Shown here piece by piece: positions 1 to 9,222 of a stretch of 64,000 bases of DNA (position 1 is its first letter; each line of letters begins with the position of its first letter). The notes beneath the pieces were generated by a model. It had not been told where the DNA came from. It ran no database searches and saw nothing but the letters and a program-made list of their open reading frames with translations. Made by a program: the position numbers and the translations under genes. This DNA comes from Candidatus Altimarinota bacterium (GTDB lineage: Bacteria; Patescibacteriota; Gracilibacteria; CAIRYL01), in contig OZ252287.1 of NCBI GenBank assembly GCA_965250085.1, positions 32,001 through 96,000 of the forward strand. Direction: 5' to 3'.

Positions 1-127
1 TCTGAGTATGTCGTGTATCCTCGCAGGCAATGGATTCGACTGCTTTGAGAGTATCCAAAGCTCTCAGAGTGATATCTTGCAGGTTGCCAATAGGAGTGGG
101 GACGATGAAGAGAGTTCCAGAGTTCAT
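1..127 (-). CDS. rsmI: 16S rRNA (cytidine1402-2'-O)-methyltransferase, 5' part (runs off window)
   Basis: Manual translation from CAT at 125-127: [41 protein letters not shown], the RsmI N-terminal signature (TPIGNL.DIT.RA, ACEDTR). Confidence 0.93.
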   Translation of the reverse strand, partial: MNSGTLFIVPTPIGNLQDITLRALDTLKAVESIACEDTRHTQ

Positions 128-173
128 AACTTGGTTTTAGCTTAAATGAGTATTAAATACAAAAGGATTTTAG

Positions 174-1091
174 ATGACGCACAAAATTTCTCAGCATAAG
201 ATTAAATTGGAAAAAATAACTTTTATATTGTCTATGAATACAACAGGAAAGATTAAAAAGCTAATTGATAAATTAAGATATATTGATGAGTTGAAACCAA
301 AAGGTAATATAGCTATTGAAAGGCAGAGCTTTATTACACCTGTTTATATCTTACCAATTGCTACGGCAATAAATAATAAAAAACTAAAAGTCAGTTTTAC
401 TGGAGATACGTCTTATTTAGAGACAATCTGCTTTCCGAAAGGAATTTCGGACTTAAATTCAAGTCGTTATTTAGGAGGAACATATTTTCCTATTGTAAAC
501 GTGTCTTTACATGATTTGTCCTATGAAAAAAGCGCAGAGTGTGTGGATGCACTCCATAGCAAATATTTGGATCTTTTACAGAATAATATTATTGCCAATA
601 AAGAATTTTTAAAACTAATCAAAAAGAGTACATTCGGATTCTTACTGGGTGAGATGACCACGAATGTTGCTGAGCATGCAAGTGCAAGCAATATTTATGT
701 TTTTGCTCAGTATTGGCTACAGTCGAATTCGTGTGAAATATGCTTGCTGGATAATGGACAGGGAGTTTTTGGATCATTAAGAGAAGCAGGAAGAGAAGTT
801 AAAGATAGCCACGATGCATTGGACAAAGTTCTCAAAGAAGGATTATCAGCAAGCGATGAACATGGTGATATCAAAAGAGGAACAGGAATCAGAAATACTA
901 GAAAAGCATTGGTAAACAAGGAGATAAATGGAGAATTTTTTATAATGTCTGGAAACTCCGCTTTTTTACATTCTTCTCAGGCTGGAGAGCGCTTCTTCAC
1001 ATTGCAAAATTACTCATGGCAAGGTACAATTATAATGCTCAGGATAAACAATCCACTACGATCATTTAACATGTACAAATATGTCCGATAG
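174..1091 (+). CDS. HATPase_c/GHKL-like ATP-binding protein (anti-sigma/kinase-like)
   Basis: N-box NVAEHA, G1 LDNGQG, G2 RGTG; AT-rich; true start may be ATG 234. Confidence 0.7.
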   Translation: MTHKISQHKIKLEKITFILSMNTTGKIKKLIDKLRYIDELKPKGNIAIERQSFITPVYILPIATAINNKKLKVSFTGDTSYLETICFPKGISDLNSSRYLGGTYFPIVNVSLHDLSYEKSAECVDALHSKYLDLLQNNIIANKEFLKLIKKSTFGFLLGEMTTNVAEHASASNIYVFAQYWLQSNSCEICLLDNGQGVFGSLREAGREVKDSHDALDKVLKEGLSASDEHGDIKRGTGIRNTRKALVNKEINGEFFIMSGNSAFLHSSQAGERFFTLQNYSWQGTIIMLRINNPLRSFNMYKYVR

Positions 1092-1401
1092 GATAATAAA
1101 TGTAGCGAAGTTTTTTCGCCTCTCCAATATTGCAACGCGACATGCGGCAAATAATCTTGCGAAAGCTATTTCAAAAGATCATAAAAAACAAATAGTATTG
1201 GATTTTTATGATATTGAATCTGTTTCACGATCATTTTTTGATCAACTTAATGATTTAAAGAAAAATTCTTTAAAAACGAAAAAAATAAAATTTATTAATC
1301 TTAACAATGATTTGGAAAAATTACTTACTATTGTTACAGCAAACACAAGTAAAAAAATGAGTTATCCCAGCATGAAAAATGTGACATACGCAACGGTATA
1401 G
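1081..1401 (+). CDS. STAS-like (DUF4325-type) domain protein
   Basis: IVLDFYDIESVSRSFFDQL...IKFINLN pattern; overlaps the upstream ATPase gene by 11 nt. Confidence 0.7.
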   Translation: MSDRIINVAKFFRLSNIATRHAANNLAKAISKDHKKQIVLDFYDIESVSRSFFDQLNDLKKNSLKTKKIKFINLNNDLEKLLTIVTANTSKKMSYPSMKNVTYATV

Positions 1402-1414
1402 ATCTATTTTACTT

Positions 1415-3121
1415 CTACCTCCCTACAGCTCTCCTCAATTCCGTAAGAGTTGTTTTGCCATCTATTACCGCCAGGATTCCTTCTTCCCACATGGTACGGA
1501 ATCCATTTTTTTCAGCGAGTTTTTTGAGTTCTGGAGCAGAGGCATTTTCGAAAATAGCACTCTCAAGTGTTTCATCTATAACAAGTATTTCACCAATTGC
1601 CATTTCTCCCCGAAAGCCACTTTGAGAACACGCGTCGCATCCTTTTGCTTCTTTTACGTGAGGAGTTACTTCTGGAATTTTATCACCACGATCAGTCATT
1701 TGCTTGAGCGTTGCAAAGATTTCTTCTTTTTCTGTTTTTCCCATTTCGCGCTCTTTCCTACACTTTTCACACACTTTTCGCACCAGTCTTTGTGCTACAA
1801 CTGCCCTTATGGCTGGAGCAAGAATATAATTTTTTACTCCCATATTCAAAAGTCTCGGAAGAGCATCAATGGCAGAATTGGTATGAAGTGTCGAAAGAAC
1901 AAGGTGTCCGGTAAGTGATGCTTGTACGGCAGTCTCTGCGGTTTCAAGGTCTCGTATTTCTCCAATCATCACCACATCAGGATCCTGACGCAAGAGAGCT
2001 CTGAGTCCACTGACAAATGTATATCCATTTTCTTCATTGACTTGTGATTGCAAAATCCCTTCCAAATGGTATTCCACAGGATCTTCCAAAGTAATTATTT
2101 TTTTACCGGGATCATTTATTTTTTGTAAAGCAGAGTAGAGAGAGGTTGTTTTTCCTGATCCAGTTGGTCCAGTCACCAGAACAAGTCCATTAGGAGATTC
2201 AAGAGCCGTTTCGAGTCGTGATTTGAGAAAGTCACTCAATCCCAAGTCACTGAGCTCTACAATCCCTTTTTTGGGATCTAAAAATCGCATCACAACACTT
2301 TCTCCCCGTTTGGTAGGAAGAACAGAAACACGCACGTCGATCAAACGATCTTTAGCGCGAAAAAAATACTGACCATCTTGTGGAACATTGACGATATTTA
2401 GTTTTAGCCGCGCGTTGTATTTGATTTGCCTGATGAGTGACTCTACTGAGTTTCCCTCAGAAGGAAGTGAAAAAAGAGTAGTGAGTACACCATCAATTCG
2501 TGCTCGTACTCGATATTCTTTTTGCTGAGGCTCCAAATGCATATCACTCATTCCCATTCTGAGTACTTGCTGGTGTAGCACATTGAGTGCTTCATCTCCT
2601 TTCATTTTTTCCAATATTTCAGGAATTTCTTCGAGCGAAGAGATGGCTGCTTCGATATTGGCTACATTTTCTTCTTTGACTTCCGTAATGATTTCTTTTT
2701 CTTGAGGATTGTGGCTTTTGTACATCTGATGAGCTCTGGAGAGGCTTTCTTCGGAGCAGAGATTGAGATTGAGAACAAAACCTGATTTTTTTAGGCTTTC
2801 TATTACGCGTTTGGTTTCATCATTCTCCACATCGGTAAGTGCGATGCGGAGTTTTTGTCCTACTCGAAAAAACGGCATAACCTTCGCTTTTAGAGCGTCT
2901 TCTTCCGAAACAACACTCAGAATATCTGGATTAATAGGAACTAAAGAAAGATCGATATAGGAAATTCCTAATTCACGGGATTTTTGTTGCACAGCACGCT
3001 CTTTAAACTCCTGGTTAATATCAGAAATAGCATGCGAAATGACTCCACTCTGAGAAGCAGGATCACTTTGGGAGTTTTTTGTATTTGCTTTGCCTGTTGT
3101 TTGAGGAGGTTTTGAAGGCAT
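1415..3121 (-). CDS. pilB: Type IV pilus/T2SS assembly ATPase (GspE/PilB family)
   Basis: Walker A GPTGSGKTT, TLEDPVEY, LRQDPDVVMIGEIRD, STLHTN, CxxC...CxxC Zn motif. Confidence 0.9.
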   Translation of the reverse strand: MPSKPPQTTGKANTKNSQSDPASQSGVISHAISDINQEFKERAVQQKSRELGISYIDLSLVPINPDILSVVSEEDALKAKVMPFFRVGQKLRIALTDVENDETKRVIESLKKSGFVLNLNLCSEESLSRAHQMYKSHNPQEKEIITEVKEENVANIEAAISSLEEIPEILEKMKGDEALNVLHQQVLRMGMSDMHLEPQQKEYRVRARIDGVLTTLFSLPSEGNSVESLIRQIKYNARLKLNIVNVPQDGQYFFRAKDRLIDVRVSVLPTKRGESVVMRFLDPKKGIVELSDLGLSDFLKSRLETALESPNGLVLVTGPTGSGKTTSLYSALQKINDPGKKIITLEDPVEYHLEGILQSQVNEENGYTFVSGLRALLRQDPDVVMIGEIRDLETAETAVQASLTGHLVLSTLHTNSAIDALPRLLNMGVKNYILAPAIRAVVAQRLVRKVCEKCRKEREMGKTEKEEIFATLKQMTDRGDKIPEVTPHVKEAKGCDACSQSGFRGEMAIGEILVIDETLESAIFENASAPELKKLAEKNGFRTMWEEGILAVIDGKTTLTELRRAVGR

Positions 3122-3187
3122 TCTATTTGTATTTCATGTCCCTCTATTATAGCACAGAAGAGAGTGTATATAAAGAGGAGGAGCTGT

Positions 3188-3316
3188 TTTGAGAGGAACT
3201 CTCAAAGTGCGTGTTCAGAAAATTTTGAATGTTGTCTTCGACTCTGAGGGATGAGCCCTCTCTTCTGAGCCTGAGGGCGGCTTTTCAGAGCCTCGAACGG
3301 CAGGCTCAGACTCGAA
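3188..3316. repeat. Cluster of nested inverted repeats in the DHH-pilB intergenic region
   Basis: tttgagag/ctctcaaa (3188-3206), gaggg/ccctc (3246-3260), tctgagcctg/caggctcaga (3264-3310), outer ttcga/tcgaa. Confidence 0.65.
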
Positions 3317-3350
3317 TGAGAATGCTGAATTTTAAATGTAAAAATCTTTT

Positions 3351-5513
3351 TTATGCTGGGGGAGGGGGATGTCCAGAAGAAGGAGGGAGGGGAGTTTGTG
3401 GGGGATAGGGAGGGTATTGTGGGTAATAGGGTGGTGGTGGGAAAGGTGTACCATTTTGAGAAGTTTGTCCGCTTCCAGGAAGTGGCGGTGGGATATATCC
3501 CTGTCCTGTTTGTCCGGTTCCTTGCTGTCCCTGCCCATACTGAGGAGCTCCTGCGGGAGGTATATATCCGCTTCCTGTTTGTACCGGTACTTGCCCCGAA
3601 GGGAAGGAACTTCCAGGGTACTGCCCTCCCGATGGTGCTGGCGCAGGAGATACTTTTGGAGCTTGTGGAATGAGGTCTGGAGGAGGATTTGGATCAAGAA
3701 TATTTGCTAATGGAGGCTCTGTATTTTCCGATTTTTGAGGAGTAGAAATTTCTGGTTTTACTTCTGTCTCTCCGGAAGAGGGAATAGCGAGCTCCTGAAG
3801 GTCATCCGAGGATTGTTTCTGAGCTTCTTTTTGATCGAAATTTTCTATAGTCTCTGCCTTTGGTACCTGCTGTTGTTTTTTCTTTCTGACGAGTGGTTCT
3901 TGTGAAGAGGATATTTTTGATGCCACTTCTTCATTTTTTTTCTGAGATGAGTTTTTTTCTAAAGAAACTTCAGGCACTTCTGAAAGCATAGGGGTGGAAG
4001 ATTTTTGGGATTCTATACGGTTGAGTTCTTCCGCATCTTTTCCTTGTTGTTTTGCTTGATCGGCTTCTTCCAACCATTCAGGAATTTCTTCTTGATCAGA
4101 AGTAATCTCCTGGAAAGATGGCTTTTGAGCGAGCCATTCGGGAATGTCTGAATCAATATTTTTTTCCTGTGCTTTCTCGGGAATTACTTTTTCAAAGTCA
4201 CTTATTTTTTCCAAGTGAACTTCGGATTTCTCGGGTACTGTTGGAAGAGTAGCGTCAGGACCAAAGTCACTCTTTTTTTCAAGCTCTGCATGTTTTTTGA
4301 GTTCTCTTAGAGTATCAGATCCACTTTTGTCTTCAGTAGAAATCCCAAGACGTTGTTCTTGGAACTTCTCCACTTTTGGCACAACTTCAGAGATAACGTG
4401 CTCAAAGCTTTTAGGATTTCGAATTTTAAATCCAGCAGCTTGGCGATGCCCTCCACCTCCAAACATTCCTGCAATTTGAGTAGCATCACACATAGGGGTC
4501 TTGGTTCTCAGCGAGCCAGACACAACTCCATCTTCCCGCTCCTTGAGGAGGAGTACGACCTCTGCTCCTGGAGCATTGGACATCAACTCATCTATGAGGC
4601 CTTCAGTCTCATCTGAAGATGCATTCTCATCGGAAAGATCTTCTCGAGTCACAGTACTCCACACCATTCGATGTACGGGATCATATTTGATTTTTGAAAG
4701 AACCCTTCCCCAGAGACGGAGAGTGGTGAGTTTTTTGGTCTTAAACAAATGACGAATAATCTCTTGCTGTCTTGCATGCATATCAATCAGTTCTGCCGCT
4801 ACTTCAAAACTCTTAGGGGTGGTGTTTGGATGTTGAAAACTGCCGGTATCAGTAATGATTCCTGCGAGAAGTAGCGTGGCAATATCTTCATCAATGAATT
4901 TATATTTTTTTCCTGTAATCGTCGGAATCAAATCATACAATGTCTCGGTAGTGGAGGCATTGGTGGGGGCAATATAATTCACGGTGCCAAATCCTTCGTT
5001 GGAAGCATGATGATCGATCACAATCATTGGCAGGGAATGAAACATCTCCGCATTTTCTTCATAAAGAGCCCCCAACTGCTCTACGTCTCCGGCATCGCAA
5101 GAGATAATGAGGTCAAAATCTTTTCCAGATCCTCCTCGGAAAGAGAAATTTTTATGAGAAAAACGATCTTCTCCTTCTGGAGAGAGGATGATATTTACTT
5201 TATTCCCTTCCACATTCCACTTGAGCGAATCGAGCTTGGTTTTTGTGACATCCAGAGTGATGATAAAATCTGAAGTATCAGAAAATCCAGTATTCATCAG
5301 ATCTGTATCGGGAAGAAACTTGAACGCTTCTGGAACGGGGTCCTGACATATGGCCGTCACATTCTTCCCCATCTTTTGGAGTATGAGATAGAGCGCTATC
5401 GTAGAAGAAAGCGCATCACAATCCATCTTGGCGTGTGTTACCAATAAGATGTTTTCTTTTTCATCAATAAGTTTTTTTATTTGCTGGGCAATATTTTTGA
5501 GAGACTCGTCCAT
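3351..5513 (-). CDS. nrnA: DHH/DHHA1 phosphoesterase (NrnA-like) with ~330-aa low-complexity, Pro-rich C-terminal tail
   Basis: THAKMDCD, IDHH, GIITDTGSF, SGSLR, GGGGHRQAAG motifs in the first ~390 aa. Confidence 0.85.
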   Translation of the reverse strand: MDESLKNIAQQIKKLIDEKENILLVTHAKMDCDALSSTIALYLILQKMGKNVTAICQDPVPEAFKFLPDTDLMNTGFSDTSDFIITLDVTKTKLDSLKWNVEGNKVNIILSPEGEDRFSHKNFSFRGGSGKDFDLIISCDAGDVEQLGALYEENAEMFHSLPMIVIDHHASNEGFGTVNYIAPTNASTTETLYDLIPTITGKKYKFIDEDIATLLLAGIITDTGSFQHPNTTPKSFEVAAELIDMHARQQEIIRHLFKTKKLTTLRLWGRVLSKIKYDPVHRMVWSTVTREDLSDENASSDETEGLIDELMSNAPGAEVVLLLKEREDGVVSGSLRTKTPMCDATQIAGMFGGGGHRQAAGFKIRNPKSFEHVISEVVPKVEKFQEQRLGISTEDKSGSDTLRELKKHAELEKKSDFGPDATLPTVPEKSEVHLEKISDFEKVIPEKAQEKNIDSDIPEWLAQKPSFQEITSDQEEIPEWLEEADQAKQQGKDAEELNRIESQKSSTPMLSEVPEVSLEKNSSQKKNEEVASKISSSQEPLVRKKKQQQVPKAETIENFDQKEAQKQSSDDLQELAIPSSGETEVKPEISTPQKSENTEPPLANILDPNPPPDLIPQAPKVSPAPAPSGGQYPGSSFPSGQVPVQTGSGYIPPAGAPQYGQGQQGTGQTGQGYIPPPLPGSGQTSQNGTPFPPPPYYPQYPPYPPQTPLPPSSGHPPPPA

Positions 5514-5720
5514 AATTGTCTTTTGTAGGGGCGGAAGAAAAAATAAGAACAGAAAGAAATATGTTATTAGAATATTTTTACATAAAAATTAGAATATGTC
5601 AAATAAAAAGTAATAGAACATCCCTCCTCTCTTTTTCTTTGTGGAGGATAAAAATTCTTTGTTTGAGAAATTCAAGACCTGTTTTCTGAATTTAAAATTG
5701 AACACTCAAGATTTAAGACT

Positions 5721-6281
5721 CTAATTCTTCGCTCTTTCTTTATACTCTCCGAGTGTAGTATTGATCATTAGGGCATCTCCTTCACTGATAAAGAAGGGAA
5801 CTTGCACTGTCAAACCGGTTTCAAGCTTTGCAGGCTTGGTACCACCAGATGCGGTATCTCCTTTGAGATTGGGTTCAGTTTCCATTACTTTGAGCTCTAC
5901 AACAGATGGGAGTTCTATATTGATAGGATTGCCATCCCAGTTCATTACCGATACTTCCTGTCCTTCAGTGAGATATCCCGTTATATTCCCCAGTTTTTCT
6001 GTATCAAATTCAAATTGTTCGAAACTTTCATTTTCCATAAAGGTATAAGCATTTCCATTGGCGTAAAGAAATTGCGCTTGTTTCATCATAATGTCAGCAT
6101 CAGGAATATTTTCTCCAGAGTTCCATGTCTTTTCAATAACCGCTCCAGTGAGCAAGTTTTTCATTTTGACCACTGCTTTTCCCACTGTGCGAGGAGCTTG
6201 TTTGTGTTGATAGCTCAATACAACATATGGCTCGTTATTAACGACTATTTTATGCCCTGTTCTCAGTTTTTGTGACTCCAT
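5721..6281 (-). CDS. efp: Translation elongation factor P
   Basis: Probable start ATG at 6281 (MESQKLRTG); KGDTASGGTKPAKLETGLTVQVPFFI C-terminal signature. Confidence 0.95.
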   Translation of the reverse strand: MESQKLRTGHKIVVNNEPYVVLSYQHKQAPRTVGKAVVKMKNLLTGAVIEKTWNSGENIPDADIMMKQAQFLYANGNAYTFMENESFEQFEFDTEKLGNITGYLTEGQEVSVMNWDGNPINIELPSVVELKVMETEPNLKGDTASGGTKPAKLETGLTVQVPFFISEGDALMINTTLGEYKERAKN

Positions 6282-6304
6282 ATTTGAAGGAAAAATCAAG
6301 AAAC

Positions 6305-6334
6305 AGGGTAGCGGAAACAAAAGGTTCAAGTCAA
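6305..6334 (-). promoter_or_regulatory. Putative sigma70 promoter for efp, overlapping the 22-bp direct repeat
   Basis: Minus strand TTGACT-N18-TACCCT about 25 nt upstream of the efp ATG. Confidence 0.4.
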
Positions 6335-6336
6335 AA
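6315..6336 (+). repeat. 22-bp direct repeat, left copy
   Basis: aaacaaaaggttcaagtcaaaa, identical to 9029-9050. Confidence 0.9.
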
Positions 6337-6424
6337 CCTGTCCATATTTTATAGTTGGAACTACTTGAGGTCATCGTAGAGATTTTGGTATCCTTTTTTT
6401 GTAGATATAAAACGCTTCTGATAT

Positions 6425-9013
6425 ATGACTAATAAAACATTTTTCACAGCACTTTTCTCACTTGTACTCTTTTTTTCCTTCGCAGACAGCGTCCTTGCAC
6501 TAACCTTTACGGCAAACGATATTACTGGAGATAACACCAATACCACATGGGACGCTGTTATGGGTGACGTCAATGGCGATACCTATCTTGATATTTATGT
6601 CGCTAATTTTGGTCAAAACAAACTCTGGATCAACGACGGTGCAGGAAATTTCACGGCAATGGACATTGCTGGAGATACAAAATCTGCACAAGATGCGGTG
6701 ATGGGTGACGTCAATGGCGACACCTATCTTGATATTTATGTGGCAAACGATGATGGACAAAACAATCTTTGGATTAACGATGGCGCAGGCAACTTCACAG
6801 CAATGGACATCACTGGAGATGCGGTAAACTCAGCAACGGCAGTCATGGGGGACGTTGATAGTGATACATATCTCGATATCTATGTTGGAAATGAAGTCGG
6901 TGTACAGAACAAACTCTGGATCAACGACGGTGCGGGAAATTTCACGGCAATGGATATCACAGGTGACACAGCTTTAGCTGAAAATGCAGTGATGGGTGAT
7001 GTCAATGGTGACACCTATCTTGATATTTACGCTGTGAATGGTGCCCAAAACAAACTCTGGATCAACGACGGTGCGGGAAATTTCACGGCAATGGATATCA
7101 CGGGGGATACAGGATCTTCACAGGTTACTGTCATGGGTGATGTAGACGGTGACACCTATCTTGATATGTATGTCGCGAATTCAAGTGGACAAAACAATCT
7201 CTGGATTAACGACGGAGCAGGCAACTTCACTGCAATGGACATCACTGGGGATACAGGTGGTTCATGGGGAGCTTCTATGGGAGATATTGACGGAGATGGT
7301 GATCTTGATATTCATGTTGCAAACTTTGGTGCACAAAACAATCTCTGGATCAACGATGGATCAGGCAGCTTCACTGCAGATAATATTACAGGTGACACGG
7401 GTAACTCTCTTCGATCGACACTAAGTGATGTAGACGGTGATGGAGGCCCGGATGTGTATGTAGGTACTTTTAGTACTGCCCAAAACCACCTCTGGCTCAA
7501 CAATTCACTCACCCTCACCCTCGAACAAGCAGGAGCACAAACCGACCCCACATCAACCGACAGTGCCACATACACTGTCACCTTTAGTGACCCAATAACA
7601 ATAGCTTCCTTCATCGCAGGAGACATAACACTCTCTGGCACCACAGGTACCGTCACCAGTGGACCAACAGAGGTAGCACCTAACGATGGTACTACCTTCG
7701 AGTTTACCGTCACCGGCATGACTGATGGAGACACGGTCACTGCAACAATAGTTGCAGGAGGTGTAGACAACGCTGGTGCCACCGACACGAACCTTGATTC
7801 CGCCAGTACGGACAACGAAGTGACATATCAAGTACCGCTCAATGTCACTCTTGAACAAGAGGGAGGTCAAAGCGATCCGACACCAGTCGACAGTGCCACA
7901 TACACCGTCACCTTTAGTGACCCAATCACGATAGCCTCCTTCATCGCAGGAGACATCACACTCAGCGGAACCACAGGTACCGTCACCAGTGGACCAACAG
8001 AGATAGCACCAAACGATGGTACTACCTTTGAGTTCGAAGTCACCGGTATGACCGACACAGACACAGTCACAGCAACAATAGCTGCAGGTACTGTCGATAA
8101 TGCTGGAGCGACCACCACGAATCTTCAGTCCACTAGCGTCGATAATGAGATAACATATATTGTGCCACCACCTCCATCTCCACCCTCATCAGGGGGAGGA
8201 GGGAGCAACAAGCGAATTCGAGAAAGCTTTTCGAATTCTCAAGAAGAATTAATGGAAGAAGACCAGCAAAGTGTGCGAGAAAATACGGAACTCAAAGAAC
8301 CAGAAAACTGTGATCTTTCCTTTATAGATATTGCAGATATTGAAGACGAAATATATATAAAAATACTCAACTGTCTGAATATTATCTCCGGAAAAAACGC
8401 AACAAATTCATCTTTTTCCCCACTTGAAAATATAACTCGTGGAGAAATTACAAAAATAGCGCTTCTTGTCGGAGGATATCTTCCTGATGCGAGTGCTACA
8501 GAAACTCCTTTTTCTGATGTCGATGGTGAAGGATGGCTGACGGCATATATTGCCCCTGCACAAAAAAAAGGAATTGTACAAGGATATGCAGATGGAACAT
8601 TTGCTCCAGAACAAGAAGTTTCCCGAGCAGAAGCTCTTGCTATATTTATTCGTGTCTTAGAAAAAAGAGAGTTTTCTTTTTCTCAGGAAGAGCCAGCTTC
8701 TTCTGATATTCCTGATGTCAAAGAAGGAAACTGGTATTATGATATGGTCCATGCTGGAGTCTCTATGGGACTTCTCAACACAGAAGAAAGAAATAAGAGA
8801 GAACTCTTTCTCCCTCACAAATCTCTCAATCGAGGGGAAACAGCCCGTTTGGCAGTTTTAGTTCTCGAACTCCTTCGTACACAAGGTTCATATCCTGGGC
8901 CTTCTCAAGAACTTGAAGGAGCTCTTTTTATAGCGGGAGACACCAAAGAAGAGCCAACTCAGGATCCCAAAGAAGTTCTGCCAAGGTATTTCCCTCCTTT
9001 TCCTGAGGGGTGA
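6425..9013 (+). CDS. Secreted surface protein: FG-GAP/VCBS beta-propeller (7 repeats), two Ig-like repeats, three SLH domains
   Basis: Signal peptide ending VLA; repeated GDVNGDTYLDIYVAN...N.LWINDG; duplicated TYTVTFSDPI units; SLH motifs ITRGE, GYADGTFAPEQEVSRAE, LNRGE. Confidence 0.88.
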   Translation: MTNKTFFTALFSLVLFFSFADSVLALTFTANDITGDNTNTTWDAVMGDVNGDTYLDIYVANFGQNKLWINDGAGNFTAMDIAGDTKSAQDAVMGDVNGDTYLDIYVANDDGQNNLWINDGAGNFTAMDITGDAVNSATAVMGDVDSDTYLDIYVGNEVGVQNKLWINDGAGNFTAMDITGDTALAENAVMGDVNGDTYLDIYAVNGAQNKLWINDGAGNFTAMDITGDTGSSQVTVMGDVDGDTYLDMYVANSSGQNNLWINDGAGNFTAMDITGDTGGSWGASMGDIDGDGDLDIHVANFGAQNNLWINDGSGSFTADNITGDTGNSLRSTLSDVDGDGGPDVYVGTFSTAQNHLWLNNSLTLTLEQAGAQTDPTSTDSATYTVTFSDPITIASFIAGDITLSGTTGTVTSGPTEVAPNDGTTFEFTVTGMTDGDTVTATIVAGGVDNAGATDTNLDSASTDNEVTYQVPLNVTLEQEGGQSDPTPVDSATYTVTFSDPITIASFIAGDITLSGTTGTVTSGPTEIAPNDGTTFEFEVTGMTDTDTVTATIAAGTVDNAGATTTNLQSTSVDNEITYIVPPPPSPPSSGGGGSNKRIRESFSNSQEELMEEDQQSVRENTELKEPENCDLSFIDIADIEDEIYIKILNCLNIISGKNATNSSFSPLENITRGEITKIALLVGGYLPDASATETPFSDVDGEGWLTAYIAPAQKKGIVQGYADGTFAPEQEVSRAEALAIFIRVLEKREFSFSQEEPASSDIPDVKEGNWYYDMVHAGVSMGLLNTEERNKRELFLPHKSLNRGETARLAVLVLELLRTQGSYPGPSQELEGALFIAGDTKEEPTQDPKEVLPRYFPPFPEG

Positions 9014-9028
9014 GTAGTGGAGTACCTC

Positions 9029-9062
9029 AAACAAAAGGTTCAAGTCAAAAAAGATTTGAACC
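9029..9062 (+). repeat. 22-bp direct repeat, right copy, extended into an imperfect 10-6-10 inverted repeat
   Basis: 9029-9050 identical to 6315-6336; ggttcaagtc-aaaaaa-gatttgaacc at 9037-9062. Confidence 0.85.
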
Positions 9063-9222
9063 AACCTTGAGCCAACAAAGGAGAATAGAAAACTACCTAA
9101 TCAACTTTCTGATTGTTTTTATATAATTTCCTAATTTCTTGAATTTTTTCCTAAAAGCCCTCATGTCAATTCTACTTTTCTTCTCTTTTCTTCAGTACAA
9201 TATACACCTCTCCTGATCTAAT

